From Eledone cirrhosa (taxonomy: Eukaryota): a stretch of 64,000 bases of DNA. Each line of letters opens with the position of its first letter. The first letter of the stretch is position 1. A model generated the notes under the pieces. It worked only from the letters and a program-made list of their open reading frames with translations. It was not told the DNA's origin and did no database searches. Below, one piece after another: positions 1 through 14,077 of the stretch. The translations under genes and the position numbers were made by a program. Location: positions 39,122,001-39,186,000 of the forward strand of contig OZ024755.1 of assembly GCA_964016885.1 (NCBI GenBank). The letters are read 5' to 3'.

Positions 1-94
1 TAGAACATTCTCTTTCCTTTACGTTCCCTACGGAAACACTTAATATGTATATATATATCTTGGGCGGGTAAAATCCCCGAGATACATGGACGAG

Positions 95-372
95 TTCTCT
101 CCAGCGGTCTCTGTCCCTCATCATTGCTGCCATGTACTGCGTCTCCAACAGACCAGTGTCTGTCCTTAGGGCATCAACATCTGTCAACCTCGGCCCCCTC
201 TTCCAGTGTGTCCATGCAGGGGCTCCCGCAGGAGCACTGAGTGCAATGTCAACTCTGGATGTTGGTGAGCATGTCCAGCTAACCTCAGTCTTCTCTGTGA
301 TTCTTTAGAGCTGACTTTTGGGAGGCTCCCGTACAGCTCTGGTTTCTTCATCCTCAGTGTATACTGATTAAT
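95..372 (-). mobile_element. RTE-like LINE 3' remnant (post-RT C-terminus)
   Basis: Minus-strand translation gives PELYGSLPKVSSK..RRLRLAGH..HPEL..VLL and later DTGL..MMRDRDRWR, a typical RTE C-terminal pattern, with frameshift. Confidence 0.7.
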
Positions 373-374
373 GT

Positions 375-433
<59 letters not shown>

Positions 434-449
434 TTAGTTATACTATTTA

Positions 450-665
450 TGGTTATGCAAATACAAAACCTTAAGCAGTTGTAAGTATTTTACACACACC
501 CTAAATAGTGGTTACCAGTAAGTTAAGTAGCTCAATGTAAAAACATCAGATGATTTACAGAGCAGTTATATGAAATATAAGAATCAAAGAACTGCTCAAA
601 ACATTATTGTGCTTACAGCTGTTTCCTCCAAATCGAGGTTTGGATTCTTCGGAGCAATTTATTAA
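450..665 (-). mobile_element. PLE pseudo-LTR fragment with degenerate hammerhead
   Basis: Reverse complement of ~612-656 reads gct-CCGAAGA-a-tccaaa/cctcga/tttgga-g-GAAAC-agct-GTA-agc (U4 mutated, palindromic stem III). Near a (TA)n tract. Confidence 0.5.
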
Positions 666-965
666 TGCATGGACAGTTATATGACCTCCTTTTCAGCCGA
701 GAGACATACCAAATACATATTCAAACATTGATACATATTCAAACATTGTGGGTCAACATTCATTACAGAATTTAGAGTGGCAGTACACACTTCGAGATTA
801 CATGTATATTAATAGGTACAATCAAAAATCAAAGATATAGGTTAAAGTACAACATGAAGATAAGTGGTTATATAGTGCAAATGTTATATGTGTGGCACGC
901 ATGTGCGTCTTGTTTATATAGTGTGGCAGAGAGATATGTGTGGTAGAGGCACTTAGGTAGGTAAA

Positions 966-1015
966 TAAGAGTGTTAGGTTGGTAGATCTGGTGGCAGATC
1001 TACCAACCTAACACT

Positions 1016-1020
<5 letters not shown>
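966..1020. repeat. Perfect 25-bp-arm fold-back abutting (TA)n
   Basis: taagagtgttaggttggtagatctg-gtgg-cagatctaccaacctaacactctta. Confidence 0.9.
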
Positions 1021-1112
<92 letters not shown>

Positions 1113-1270
1113 ATATTTAGGGAGGGTCATATTGTTATAATATTGTCAAAAATAATAATAAAACACAATCACTGTTTGATTTAGGTTGGTTTTTGCTTCT
1201 GTATCTTTTATATCTCCATAGGTAATTTAGCTGGCAATGAATGTTTATCATTGATTGCCCAGCGGTTGAT

Positions 1271-1311
<41 letters not shown>

Positions 1312-1372
1312 CACAAACACACACACACACACATACCGCCTACGGACGCATTTATTGCAACCTTACAACAAC

Positions 1373-1404
<32 letters not shown>

Positions 1405-1457
1405 TTTTTATCATTTCTGGCGGGGATCATGGTAGAAGAAACTTATTCCAGTCTGAG

Positions 1458-1546
1458 GTATCTCCTGAAGAGTTCCAGGCCTCGTGGATGTATCCAAATC
1501 GGATATATCCAAAAAGTGGAACGAAACCACCGGTGGTCGAAACTAC
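1458..1546 (+). ncRNA. Type I hammerhead ribozyme (PLE pLTR type), intact core
   Basis: CTGAAGA (1465-71), stem II gttcca/tggaac with an internal hairpin, GAAA (1523-26), palindromic stem III accaccggtggt, GUC site at 1538. Stem I is imperfect. Confidence 0.75.
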
Positions 1547-1878
1547 AGGAATTTTGGTAAAATCGATGTGCATTTTTTCTTCAAACTTCTATTTTGTACC
1601 TAATTCCGTGTAGTTAACTATTTGTCTAGTCAATTTCTACAGGCTAGATGAAATAATAAGATAAGTGTCATATGGCTGTACATCCCCGAAAATGATCTGT
1701 ATCATTTGTCTATTATTTCTTCACAAGTACATTTTAAACTTATAGCCTCGTTTAAATTATTTTTTATGTGGTTAATTTATACTGATTGGGAGAGCAAATA
1801 CTGTATATATTTTATCTAATGTTTCTTCGGACTTGCATTTATATATTCCACAATGCTTCAAGCAAACTTCAATACTCT

Positions 1879-1915
<37 letters not shown>

Positions 1916-1920
1916 ATTAT

Positions 1921-1962
<42 letters not shown>

Positions 1963-2071
1963 ATAATAATAATAATAATAATAGTAATAATAAAAAATTT
2001 GAAGACTAAAATCCAAAGAGGGCCCGATAAGGATAAATATATATCAGATATATAAGAACCGTAGACCAAAT

Positions 2072-2525
2072 ATTTATTAAAATAACATTAAAGTTTAAGC
2101 AAAGAATCGCTGCTTTCACTCTTAACGGGATCTGCTGAAGCTAAAAAAAGTCAATCTTTGAACGCAGAAGTAAATATTTCAAAAAACGTTGCAACCGAAG
2201 GAAGACAGGAAGACGATACTTTGGTTCGTGGAAACGTTCCCTGGCAAAGAACGAGAAAAAAACGAAGATAATACGTCATTATTTGGGCAGTGAAAACAAT
2301 TACACGCAAAGACAAAACCACGTTTATGGTATAAATGAAGTCGTAGACTAATATTCTATTAGGTGGTTCATGGAGACGTTCTCTGGCAATGAACGAAAAA
2401 AACGGAGATAATACGTCATTATGTGGACCAATGAGAAGAATTACACGCAAAGACAAAACCACGTATATGGTATAACTGAAGTCGTAGACTAAAATTCTAT
2501 TTAGGAAACCGAATGATTCTCCGCT
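2072..2525 (-). mobile_element. PLE pLTR-like repeat family B
   Basis: Homologous to 40752-40870, 50822-51130 and 62676-62970. Has an HHR-like motif near the (TA)n-proximal end and an internal ~140-bp duplication. Confidence 0.65.
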
Positions 2526-2693
2526 TCAGAGTTACACGTGCTTGTTTAATTAATGTGCAGGTAGCTGAACATTACACAGACACGTGTCTTCTTGAGGTAG
2601 TTCTTAGCGTAATACAAAGTACTTAGCTCAAGGACACGACGGTGGGAGAGAGTTAGTATTGTGTGCCGAATACCCAAAGAACCTTCACGCTCA

Positions 2694-2781
<88 letters not shown>

Positions 2782-2782
2782 C

Positions 2783-2996
2783 GTTATTCCGGGTTGAATC
2801 GGAGGTAACCACAGTAAGTAAGGTACTCAATACATAGCAGAGTATAACAGTTTTAATATAGAAGAGATTCTACAGGACTAGAACTGTTTCATTCATTAGA
2901 AATCATCAGGAATCTCTGATGATTCCTGATGAGGGATTCCTGATGATTTCTAATGAATGAAACAGTTCTAGTCCTGTAGAATCTCTTCTATATTAA

Positions 2997-3000
<4 letters not shown>
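2783..3000. mobile_element. PLE pLTR fragment with fold-back and HHR-like motif
   Basis: Inverted arms at ~2849-2914 and ~2935-3000 contain CTGATGA-tttctaatgaat-GAAAC-agttcta-GTC. Homologous to ~7990-8100. Flanked by (TA)n. Confidence 0.7.
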
Positions 3001-3052
<52 letters not shown>

Positions 3053-3342
3053 GTATATACGTGTTACCTTTTACACACACACTCACAATATCTAACGGGA
3101 TTTCAAAGATGAGTCGGACCCTTTCATTTTCATTGTACTCTGAGCTGATCGATATCAAAACAACTGGTGTACGCCAATAAAGTTTGTACATATGCTGCAA
3201 AATTGGCTTCGATTTTAAATCTATTTACACTCTGCGCAATACAGCTGCCTTATCTTTGGAATACGACCCACACGAGACGGACCTCGTAACAGCATTGAGT
3301 GCTTTGTAAAGAGCGCCACCTGTAACTGTAGATACACACCTA

Positions 3343-3376
<34 letters not shown>

Positions 3377-3563
3377 CCCCCCCCACACACACACACATAA
3401 ATATATATATAGTTGTGTTCACACGCAAATCTGTTTCTCCACCATGTAACGCTCTGATATGTAAATTCGTATTTGCAACATACGATTTTTTAAAAGTAAT
3501 TGAGAGTGTGTAAATCGGCGACCCTGAACAATAATTAATTGTCTGATTTGTTGCAATTAGTGG

Positions 3564-3616
<53 letters not shown>

Positions 3617-3620
<4 letters not shown>

Positions 3621-4123
3621 TAAGTATGTATAGGTACATACATATATGTGTACAGACGTACAGTAGTATGTATATATATACATAAATTCACAGAAATATA
3701 TATGTACGTATGGGTTTACCGAACATTTATTATAATGTTCGGTTTGTTTGTAAACAAACAGCCCGAATTACGCCGTACAGTGTTCGGCAACCATCGTCGC
3801 CTTTTTGTTCAACACTGACACAGGAACGATGTGCTAGTTTCAAGCTTATTAGCTATCGTCAGCATCGTATACCTTCCTGTCAGATGATTGAACATTTGAA
3901 AGTATATACTTTCCTGATGCATATTAACGGCTGAGCAGCCTAATTTGCATATCGAGTGAGTTAGTCGGCCGGGCGTACCGAAAACGATAAATGGAAAAGA
4001 ATGAAACGAAATTTCATTTCTCACCCTTAGTACGGCTGATACCTAAATATAAGTATGTATACGTACATACATATATGTATACAGACGTACAAACTGAACA
4101 TTATAATACATGTTCGGTAAACC

Positions 4124-4154
<31 letters not shown>

Positions 4155-4290
4155 GTGTGCATGTATGTATATATATACATACTACTGTACGTCTGTACAC
4201 ATATATGTATGTACGTGTACATACTTATATTTAGGTATCAGCCGTACTAAGAGTGAGAAATGAAATTTTGTTTCATTCTCTTCCATTTAT
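3617..4290 (-). mobile_element. Non-coding HHR-bearing element (~430-bp monomer plus inverted part), copy 1
   Basis: Direct repeats at ~3621 and 4050 (period ~430), inverted segment 4093-4290, HHR at 3826-3868 on the minus strand (cleavage triplet GUA mutated to GCA). Homologous to 27292-28130. Confidence 0.75.
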
Positions 4291-4384
4291 ATATATATAT
4301 ATATAATTTGTATTTAATTTGTTGGAATTCCGACAAACATAAATTCTTATAACTGATTTAGAGCACTAAACAGTGAAATGGAGT

Positions 4385-4971
4385 TAAAGGAAAGGAATGT
4401 TTCTCTTTGTTGAATATAAGTCACCAATTTGGTTGAGGTATATTGTCACCAATTTGTTTGAAGATGTGTTGTCACCAATTTGTTTGAAGATGTGTTGTCA
4501 CCAATTTGTTTGAAGATGTAAATTCCAATTTAGCGGAGAAGTATATTTCAGAAGTTGTAATGTCGCCACGAGCACCCAGGTTTGGTAGAGAGATATGATA
4601 GGAATATCAACAACGACTTTAGCTTGGTTTTACATTATTTATTAACAGGGGTTGAGCTGGCATGCCAAGAGAAATGAAATAATTCAATTAAGATTACAAG
4701 AGAAAATACGGGCGACTGGCTGAAGGCGTTTGGCCAGGCTCGTAGGTAATGTTTTGTCATTACATATTGTTTGTGCTTACGGAGCAAAAGAACAAGCGGT
4801 GTTTACTTTAGCATGGTCCAGCTGCGAGTGATGGCGTCCTCAAATCTTTGCGGGCTATTTCTCCCTCAGAACGCGTAGCGATACATCCTCTTCTACTGGC
4901 GCTGATTGGCTGAGCTGAGCCAAATCACGCATAGAGAATGTATGTGAGCCCGCGGAATGTAGGTCACTACA
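4385..4971 (-). mobile_element. Probable solo LTR inserted in a PLE pLTR
   Basis: Flanked by the 4-bp direct repeat GAGT (4381-84, 4972-75). Minus strand starts TGTAGTGACC and contains AATAAA. The flanks match the uninterrupted pLTR at 19380-19490. The other end lacks a clean CA. Confidence 0.55.
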
Positions 4972-5028
4972 GAGTAAATATTCTAAGATATTAAATAAAT
5001 GGAAACTATATTTATAAAACCATATTTA

Positions 5029-5089
5029 TGTTACTATATATATTTCAAGGGCAACCAAAAGAACCTTGGTGCGCTTTCATCAGATAAAA
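5029..5089 (-). ncRNA. Type I hammerhead ribozyme, intact core
   Basis: Reverse complement: ttttat-CTGATGA-aagcgcaccaaggttcttttggttgccctt-GAAA-tatata-TA-gtaaca. Confidence 0.7.
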
Positions 5090-5438
5090 TACAAAGTGTG
5101 TTTTATAAATAAAGACATATCCATGATAATCAAACCTTATCGGTCGGAAAATCACTGGATAGTGGAAACATATTAAGGGTTATTCATAGTTATGTGTGAA
5201 TATGCAAATGAATGTGTAAATAATTGAAAATACAACCGTTTATTTAAATGACGCTGGAGAAAGGAAGGTAAGAAAGAGAGAGAGAGAAAATATTATTATT
5301 TTGAGATGGATAGAGAGAAGAAAATTACAAGAGGATGAATGGAAGTTATGTAATATAAATAAGTTTTAAGTTTATATCTAATAATGATACGTATATTTAC
5401 TATTCAATTGTTGTTAGAATTCTTTTGTAATATAATAT

Positions 5439-5630
5439 AATTGTTTCTACTTTTGGCACCAGGCCAGCAATTATCCCAATGCATTACTGGTACTTTATTT
5501 TATCGACCCCGTAATGATGAAAGGCAAAGTTAACCTCGGCAGGATTTGAACTCACATCATAAAGGGAGGTAACTCTATGCTTCAAAGCATGGCACCCGAC
5601 CCTCTACCGATACTGCCAATCCACCGCCCT
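5439..5630 (-). mobile_element. tRNA-derived SINE (Nin/Deu-like core), full length
   Basis: A-box-like TGGCAGTATCGG, B-box GTTCAAATC, core gcctttcat..ggggtcgataaaataaagtacc. Possible TSD aatataatataat. Confidence 0.85.
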
Positions 5631-6978
5631 TTTCTAATATAATATAATATTTACTATTATAAGTAGATAGATAAAATAGATATATATAGGAAAATAAATA
5701 TATATAAAAGATTAGATTTAAAAATAACCCATTTTGTCAAAGATATAAATGTTGAAAGATCTATTTAGCCTAAAGTAGTTATTGGTTAAAAATCCAATGA
5801 ATTATTAAAAAATAAATTATTTTAAAATATTAAAAATATTATTAATAATATTATTAATATTAAATATTCTGGAAAATTTAAAGAAAATTTTCAGAAAATA
5901 TTAAAAAAATATTTAAAGAATATTTTTAAAAAATAGTATTTAAAAAACTTCAAAAAATTTTCAGAAATTAAAAAAAAAAAAAGTTTTAAAAACCATTAAA
6001 ATATTTTTTTATATAAAAGATAAGTAGATTTTTTTTTAATAAGTAATTTAAAAAAAAATAAGTAATTTTAAAAAGAATAAGTAATTTTTTTGAAAAAATA
6101 AGTAATTTTTAAAATATATGAAATATTTAGAAGTAAAAAAATAAAAATATGAAAAATTAAACATTTAAGAAGTAAAAGCTAAGGATTTAAGAAGTAAAGG
6201 ATAAAGAATTAAAAAACCTTTAAAAATATTTAAATTTAAGTTAAAATTAAAAATTAAAATTTAAAAGTTTAGGATCATATATGTATATAATTTAAGAGAT
6301 TTTGATACGTGAAATTATAAGAAGTGAAGTTATATCAAACAATATATGGAAATAAGTAGAAATATTATTATATGGAAATAAGTATAATATTTTTACTTGT
6401 AATTATAATTTATATATAGTTCTAAACGTAGAATTTAGGCGATGTTTACAAGAACTAAACAAATTCATATGTATATTAATAGAGTTCTTAAATTTAAGTA
6501 TGAAGAAAATTTCCTCAACACATAATTTGCAAAATCTAGATAAAGCTGTGTTGTAGTATGCAGGTGCTTTTAGAAATTATTTCCCAAGTTAAAGAATAGT
6601 CCGTATTTTGGTATTTTAAGTTCCATATCAAGTTTGATAGAGAAGTTGAAGATTTTTTTTACCAATATTGTTAAACGAGCATTTGTGATTATTAAAACGA
6701 GTTTTAAAGTCTGTAGAAGTAGAACCTACATAGTTAAATATATTGTCATTGGTTTTGACTGGGCATTTATAGACCACTTCCTTATCTAAGCACTTATTTT
6801 TTAAAGGACAGTTTGATTTAATTCTACAATTACATTTAGCGGAGTTGATGTTACTGGGAACGGTACTATTATGTTGGATATTGCTAAAGCGCACCAAGGA
6901 TCCCTTGGTGGCCCTTGAAATATATATAATAAAATAAATATGGTTTTATAAATATAGTTTCCATTTATTTAATATCTT

Positions 6979-7018
<40 letters not shown>

Positions 7019-7020
7019 CA

Positions 7021-7054
<34 letters not shown>

Positions 7055-7107
7055 CATATATACATATATATGTATATATATATATATATATTTGTTACAA
7101 TTATTGT

Positions 7108-7185
<78 letters not shown>

Positions 7186-7278
7186 ACAATAATTGTAACA
7201 TATATATATATTTGTTACAATTATTGTGTGTATATATATATTATATATATATATTATATATTTATAATATATATATAT

Positions 7279-7336
<58 letters not shown>

Positions 7337-7497
7337 TATATATATATTTGTTACAATTATTGTGTATATATATATATATATAGAGAGAGAGAGGGAGAGA
7401 GAAATATTAAAACAATGAAATTAAACACAAAACTGTTAATTCATAGTAAAACTCATTATTTTACGATCGTTTCTGTATATATATATATATATAAATA

Positions 7498-7700
7498 AAT
7501 TATCGAGAATCTGAATTTCGGCCCACGAAATAACGAAACACAATCTTCGAAATGTGTGGCAAAGGGCTCAATAGTTTGGATAAACCAGAGCTATAACTAT
7601 CGTTTAAATACCAACACACGGAGACAATGCTTAAAATCATTCGCACAGCCGAAAAAAACGACCAGGAAAATTCGGGTCAGACAAATAATAATATAAATGA
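7498..7700. mobile_element. Diverged copy of repeat family C
   Basis: Similar to 56390-56590, 53100-53280 and the reverse complement of 23780-24020. Confidence 0.6.
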
Positions 7701-7762
7701 ATGATATTATATACATATATATATATTATATATATATATATATTATATATATATATATTATA

Positions 7763-7805
<43 letters not shown>

Positions 7806-7807
<2 letters not shown>

Positions 7808-7886
7808 CGAAGGAAATGTGGCAAGGAACCAGATGGACTATAACGCACCAAAGTACTCAATACTTAGGGTAGTAGAGTGGGTAATA
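7806..7886 (-). mobile_element. PLE pLTR tail fragment, family D
   Basis: Matches 11180-11262 (inverted) and 62488-62566. Lies within (TA)n. Confidence 0.7.
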
Positions 7887-7912
7887 TATATATATATATT
7901 TGTTACAATTAT

Positions 7913-7995
<83 letters not shown>

Positions 7996-8305
7996 GGTTC
8001 AGTCGGGGGTAGCCACAGTAAGTAAGGAACTCAATACATAGCAGAGTATAAATATTTAATTTAGAAATGGCTTCTACAGGACTAGAACTGTTTCATTCGA
8101 AGGAAATAGATAGATATAGGTCTGTTCCGTTGATTGAACAATTGGAACACTCATGGTTGGAAGCACCGGAGATCCACTCCATTTCATCTGATATATCTTC
8201 ATTCAACGAAACACCACTTTATTATAAGAGAGCCTGTTTGCTTTTATGCATAAATTTTCTTTCATGAATGTTCGCCAATATAAAATATAAAATGTAAAAT
8301 ATAGT

Positions 8306-8500
8306 TTGTTGAGTGTTCAAATCAGTTTTAACGTGAAAACAATCTTCTCACAAATACTTTACGAAAAACAAAAGCAAATAAATTGCAAACGTTTTAGGAT
8401 CCTTAATAGAAACAACGTTAAATTATGTTTTAGTTGTACAAATAAATCTGCTAAAGAAATAGGAAATATTAATAGGAAAGTATTAAATAGTTATTTACAG
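8306..8500 (+). pseudogene. PLE RT-endonuclease linker remnant
   Basis: RILNRNNVKLCFSC..IGNINRKVL resembles KIFNRNCVKISYSC in the 25368-26201 PLE ORF. Confidence 0.55.
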
Positions 8501-8721
8501 CCAATTCTTGCCGTTCGTGCAATTCTGCAATTGTTTCAGAATTGTTCATTAAATAATTTATATATTTTGAAATCGATAGCTTTTACCATTATAGCAGTAA
8601 TGTCTTGAAGGAGAGTAGTTTCATGCTTAGTGCACTTTTCTATCTAGTGTTTGTTGTTTATCAGTTGCTCCAATTAGATATAGGTTTAACATGCTTCCGG
8701 TGGGAGAGAGGACGGTTCCAC

Positions 8722-8868
8722 TAATTGAGGAGCGGTGATGTTGAGAACCAAATTAAAACAAGATGATTAAAATGTAAAGAGGAGAGGTGGGTGCGGATGA
8801 ATGCCAAGGCCAAACTTATATTTCAAAATCTATGGATTCTAGTCAGAATGTATTTATAATTACAAATA
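8722..8868. repeat. Dispersed repeat, duplicated at ~57452-57598
   Basis: Near-identical sequence aattgaggagcggtgatgttgagaacc...gtatttataa at both sites. Confidence 0.8.
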
Positions 8869-9244
8869 ATTAATATTCATAATTAGGTCGTAAAGATTAT
8901 ATCTAGTGAATTAAGGGTTATATTTAAGATTTCATCAACTAGGACAGAATTTCAGAAATCCTGGATGATCTATTGATTTCGAATTATATTTGTTTTTTAA
9001 ATAAATAATATGAATAAGCAATATATAAAGTTGAGGAAAAAGTTTGTGTGCCGTATTAAAATTATTTTAAAGAATAGTTGTTGTTTTTGAATAAATTTGT
9101 GCATAAAAAAATCATTTTTTTAACACCACGCACGAACTCTTTCCTCAACCTAGGACAAAACTATTTGTAATTTATTAGAATATGTCAAACCTTACAATGA
9201 GGATAGCGTTTGTTGTGGTATTGTATTTCATAAAAAAAGAATAT

Positions 9245-10370
9245 GTATCGTTCTATATCATGGATATCATATGTAACGAAATCACTGTAAATATATCGTT
9301 CTATACCATGGATATATCATATAACGATATCACTGTAAATATATCGTTCTATATCATGGATATAACGATATCACTGTAAATATATCGTTCCATACCATGG
9401 ATATCTCATACAAAGATATCATTGTAAATATATCGTTCCATACCATGAATATCTCATATAACAATATCACTGTAAATATATCGTTCTATACCATGGATAT
9501 AACGATATCACTGTAAATATATCGTTCTATACCATGGATATAACGATATCACTGTAAATATATCATTCTATACAGTGGATATCTCATATAACGATATTAC
9601 TGTAAATATATCGTTCTATAAAATGGATAACTCATATAACGATATCATTGCAAATATATCGTTCTATACCACGGATATAACGATATCACTGTAAATATAT
9701 CGTTCTATACCATGGATATAACGATATCACTGTAAATATATCGTTCTATACCATGGATATCTCATATAACGATATCACCGTAAATATATCGTTCTATACC
9801 ATGGATATAACGATATCACTGTAAATATATCATTCTATACCGTGGATATCTCATATAACGATATCACTGTAAATATATCATTCTATACCATGGATATCTC
9901 ATATAACGATATCACTGTAAATATATCGTTCTATACCATGGATATCTCATATAACGATATCACTGTAAATATATCGTTCTATACCATGGATATAACGATA
10001 TCACTGTAAATATATCATTCTATACCATGGATATCTCATATAACGATATCAATGTAAATATATCGTTCTATACCATGGATATAACGATATCACTGTAAAT
10101 ATATCATTCTATACCGTGGACATCTCATATAACGATATCACTGTAAATATATCGTTCTATACCATGGATATCTCATATAACGATATCACTGTAAATATAT
10201 CGTTCTATACCATGGATATAACGATATCACTGTAAATATATCATTCTATACCATGGATATCTCATATAACGATATCACTGTAAATATATCGTTCTATACC
10301 ATGGATATAACGATATCACTGTAAATATATCATTCTATACCGTGGATATCTCATATAACGATATCACTGT
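9245..10370. repeat. Minisatellite with 48-bp and 41-bp unit variants
   Basis: Unit gatatcactgtaaatatatcgttctataccatggatat(ctcatat)aac, about 25 copies. Confidence 0.95.
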
Positions 10371-10514
10371 GTATCACTCTAAATCGAGATGTTTTCTAGA
10401 ACTTTTAATTTACTAGAATTTTTTGGCCATACACCAATGTGTATGTGTATGTGTGTGAGTGTGTGTATGTGTGTGAGTGTGTGTATGTGCATATGCATAC
10501 ATTTATATAGGAAG

Positions 10515-10800
10515 GGAGAGGAGTAGTGTGAGGTAGTCATAACAACAGTGGTAGTAGCACCCTGTTTTGTTGTAAAGAGAGAGAGAGAGAGAGAGAGGAG
10601 TAGTATGAGGTACTCATAACAACAGTGGTAGCAGCACCCTGCTTTTGTTGTAGAGAAGAGAAGTATGAGATAGTCATAACAACAGTGGTAGCAGCACCCT
10701 ATTTTTTGTTGTAGAGGAGATTAGTATGAGGTAGTTGTAACAACAGTGGTAGCAACACCCTGTTCAGTAGACGTAAAGAGAGAGGAGTAGTATGAGGTAG
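10515..10800. repeat. Degenerate ~60-75-bp tandem repeat, about 5 copies
   Basis: Recurring gagtagtatgaggtagtcataacaacagtggtagcagcaccctg. Confidence 0.85.
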
Positions 10801-11065
10801 ACAAACTAGTCCTCCCTCTTTACGTGTTGTGACAGAATCGCAGAAATGTATAAATAGATGAACGGTTTAGTCTCACACACGCTACAAGAGAAACAAGAGT
10901 CGATTGTTGTTATCATATGATTCATATTCCGGGAGTAGGTGGTTTATCTAGAACACGAGGCTCAAACATACCTCCCGACATTTACTTTTATATGATCCGC
11001 AGCAGGATAGAGAAAAGTTTTAAAATGAAAATTTGCCACATCTGTATTTTGTATATTACTATATA

Positions 11066-11263
11066 TATCGGAAAAAATATGACTCCGACGGCAGAGCTCA
11101 AGCCGTTTCGACGGCTATTTCTGGACCAAGAAATAGCCGTCGAAACGGCTTGAACTCTGCCGTCGGGGTAATACTTTTTCCTATTACCCACTCTACTACC
11201 CTAAGTATTGAGTACTCTGGTGCGTTATGGTCTATCTGGTTCCTTACCACAAATCCTTCGTTA
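11066..11263 (+). mobile_element. PLE pLTR family D fold-back containing the 3' half of an HHR
   Basis: Arms ~11066-11122 and ~11126-11184 centred on hairpin gacggctatttc..gaaatagccgtc, followed by GAAAC-ggc..gcc-GTC-gggg. Confidence 0.75.
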
Positions 11264-11267
11264 TATA

Positions 11268-11312
<45 letters not shown>

Positions 11313-11488
11313 AATAGAATATCGGAGAAAGCTTTTTAGCGATACACCGGCCAAATTCCAACTAACTCAACAAACATTAGGAAATAAGTGATTATATTCC
11401 CAATTATGTGTTCGGGGTGCTAACTAAAAGTATTGCGTGGAAAATTGGCTGTATTATTTCAAATGAGGCATATCTAATATATCTCTTA

Positions 11489-11613
11489 CCAGACGGACGT
11501 CTCGTTTCATTATAGGACTCCTACAATTTGGGTGAAATTATACCAATTTATGTAGGAGCTTGTATACTATCAATAGATATATATTCAAGTGGGCTCCTAT
11601 AATTCATCAGTGG
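11489..11613 (-). ncRNA. Type I hammerhead with long stem II insert, intact core
   Basis: Reverse complement: cca-CTGATGA-attatagga..insert..tcctataat-GAAAC-gagacgtcc-GTC-tgg. The base of stem II is 9 perfect bp. Confidence 0.75.
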
Positions 11614-11901
11614 GTGCCCCAATAATACTAATATTGATAATCTAACCAACATCAGCATTTAGCGATAAACACTTTCTGTGCCTGAGGTATCTGTCAGGTA
11701 GCCAGTCCAGCAGTTCTGAAAGAAGTGCTCGAACTGATTCAAAAAATGAGGAAGTGAATTACCGCCAAAAACAAACAATACATGCGCGTGACAATGAATT
11801 CTGAAAGGAATTCAGGCCACGTGCCAAGAACACAATTGGAAATTGAAAAAATATCTATGTGTGTACAACATTTGATGACACACACATATTTTCTCGGGCA
11901 A

Positions 11902-11935
<34 letters not shown>

Positions 11936-12539
11936 TATAGAAGTGTTTTAGTTTGCTCGAAGTACTGTGCGTTAATATTTATAAGGTATTAATTGAAAGG
12001 CTGCGACAATATGAAAGTTGTGGTATGATTTAAGATAAAAGCATATAAGAAAGCTATTCTGTTTTACCTCTTCTTTATTCAAATACGACCTTACTTTTCA
12101 AGATATCTCCTCATCAGAAGTCAAAAACACTGGACAATACAGAAAACCTTTTAGCTTGTATGTGCCATTACTAGTAGCGGCATAAACAGAAATAAAAGAT
12201 GGCACATGAAAGGTTTCTTGTATTGTCCAGTGCTGCGAATGACATTCCTCCGTTTTAGCTGTTCTTTATCCTGCTACGATCGTCTCCGGGTCAAAAACAT
12301 AAACACACTTTTTTCTTCTTTGTTTTCTTTGCTTGTTTCCTTAAGGCCTCTTGGAATTTGTTTACCATCATTCATTTAGTATCCATCTATTGCGCAATTT
12401 ACACCTGAAGATGTCACCGGGTTCATACTCAACAGAGCCACTGAAATGTGCATAATGTTTGCAGAAATAAATAAGTAAGGAAATTCAACATACTTGGCGT
12501 CCTGTCATTTTACTTTATAATATATATATATATATATAT

Positions 12540-12855
12540 ATCGCTCTCTATATATATATATCGCTCTATATATAATATATATATATATATCGCTCTATAT
12601 ATATTTATATCGCTCTATATATAATATATATATATATCGCTCTATATATATTTATATCGCTCTATATATAATATATATATATATCGCTCTATATATATAT
12701 ATATCGCTCTATATATAATATATATATATCGCTCTATATATATTTATATCGCTCTATATATAATATATATATATCGCTCTATATATATTTATATCGCTCT
12801 ATATATAATATATATATATCGCTCTATATATAATATATATATATCGCTCTATATA
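12540..12855. repeat. (TA)n-derived minisatellite with atcgctct cores
   Basis: Repeated atcgctctatatat.. units. Confidence 0.9.
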
Positions 12856-13602
12856 CATACACTTGCCTGCGAATTATTCTTTGTTTTCTTCTTACACCAT
12901 TTGCCGAAATTATGGATGATTTTATCGATTAACCAGTAAGATTTATCGAGAAGATTTTAAGTTTTTTACTTTTATTCTGAACGTTGTAGTAAAAAAGAAA
13001 ATCATTACAAAAGTAATTTGGGTTGTAAATATGTATGGAGAACAATAAATATTAATAGGAATATTTGAAATGTTAAAATATTCTTACTATGTAGGATGCA
13101 ATCAATGAATAAATACAATAAAGACAATAAGAAATAGAAATATATCAAATTCACAAGACCTATGGTTTCTTTAGCTATAAAGTAAAAATGTAGTCGACCT
13201 CACACAGTAACCTAATAAAATGTGTGGTTCGTAAAATGTAAAGAGGAGAGGTTGCTGGACGTCTCATGTTGGGAGAGACTTTAACTGTGTGATAGATTGG
13301 CTTCCTGTCTAAGGGGAGTCTTATTCTCTCTGTCAAATAACATTGAAATCAGAACAGGCTCTTACTTGAGTAGCTTCTTAGTTTGGGACACATTTCAATT
13401 CGTTTTATAAAGTAAACTATAGAGCAGCTCATTAAAGGGGTAGAAAATCAAATATGTGTTTCTAAACTAAGTAATATTTTATCATTTCACATTACGTCTT
13501 TCTTTTATTTATAGTTCAGGGCTCCCATGGTCAGTGGGAATAAGTTTTAACATAAAGTGTCGTTTATTGAATTCCTAAAAGAACTTCGTTCCATTTTCTT
13601 GC

Positions 13603-13723
13603 CGTGGCAGTATGAGAAGAGGGTCGGACGCCATGATTTGCAGCAAAGAGTTACGGCCCTTTATAGTCTGAGTTCAAATCCCGCCGAGGTTAACTTTGCC
13701 TTTCATCCTTACGGAGTAGATAA
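13603..13723 (+). mobile_element. SINE, 3'-truncated
   Basis: Head, B-box gagttcaaatcc and start of the core. Confidence 0.8.
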
Positions 13724-13952
13724 ATGTTAAAACACATCTGAGGAGATGCCGATTCCAGAGTCAGGTTCGATAATTAATAGATTCTTCCTCGAGCTGATCG
13801 ACAGTGAAACATTTAATATGTAATTAAATATGTAAATGATGCAATACTGATTCTTTGTCCCTTTATATATTACTATTATTGATACTCTGCTCCCCAAGAG
13901 CATGGAGTGCTCATTCGACTTACCACCTATGGACGCAATTAATTTGCACCTT

Positions 13953-14053
<101 letters not shown>

Positions 14054-14077
14054 TATATAATATATATATATATATAT

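Larger units (their letters stand above)
4310..6980 (-). mobile_element. 5'-truncated PLE (family A): GIY-YIG remnant, 3' pLTR and inverted pLTR at the 5' junction
   Basis: Minus ORF 6628-6897 (CNCR..CPLKNKCL..VVYKC..YVGSTSTDFKTRFNNH). pLTR at ~4985-5110 and its inverted copy at 6886-6980. Interrupted by the solo LTR and a SINE. Confidence 0.8.
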
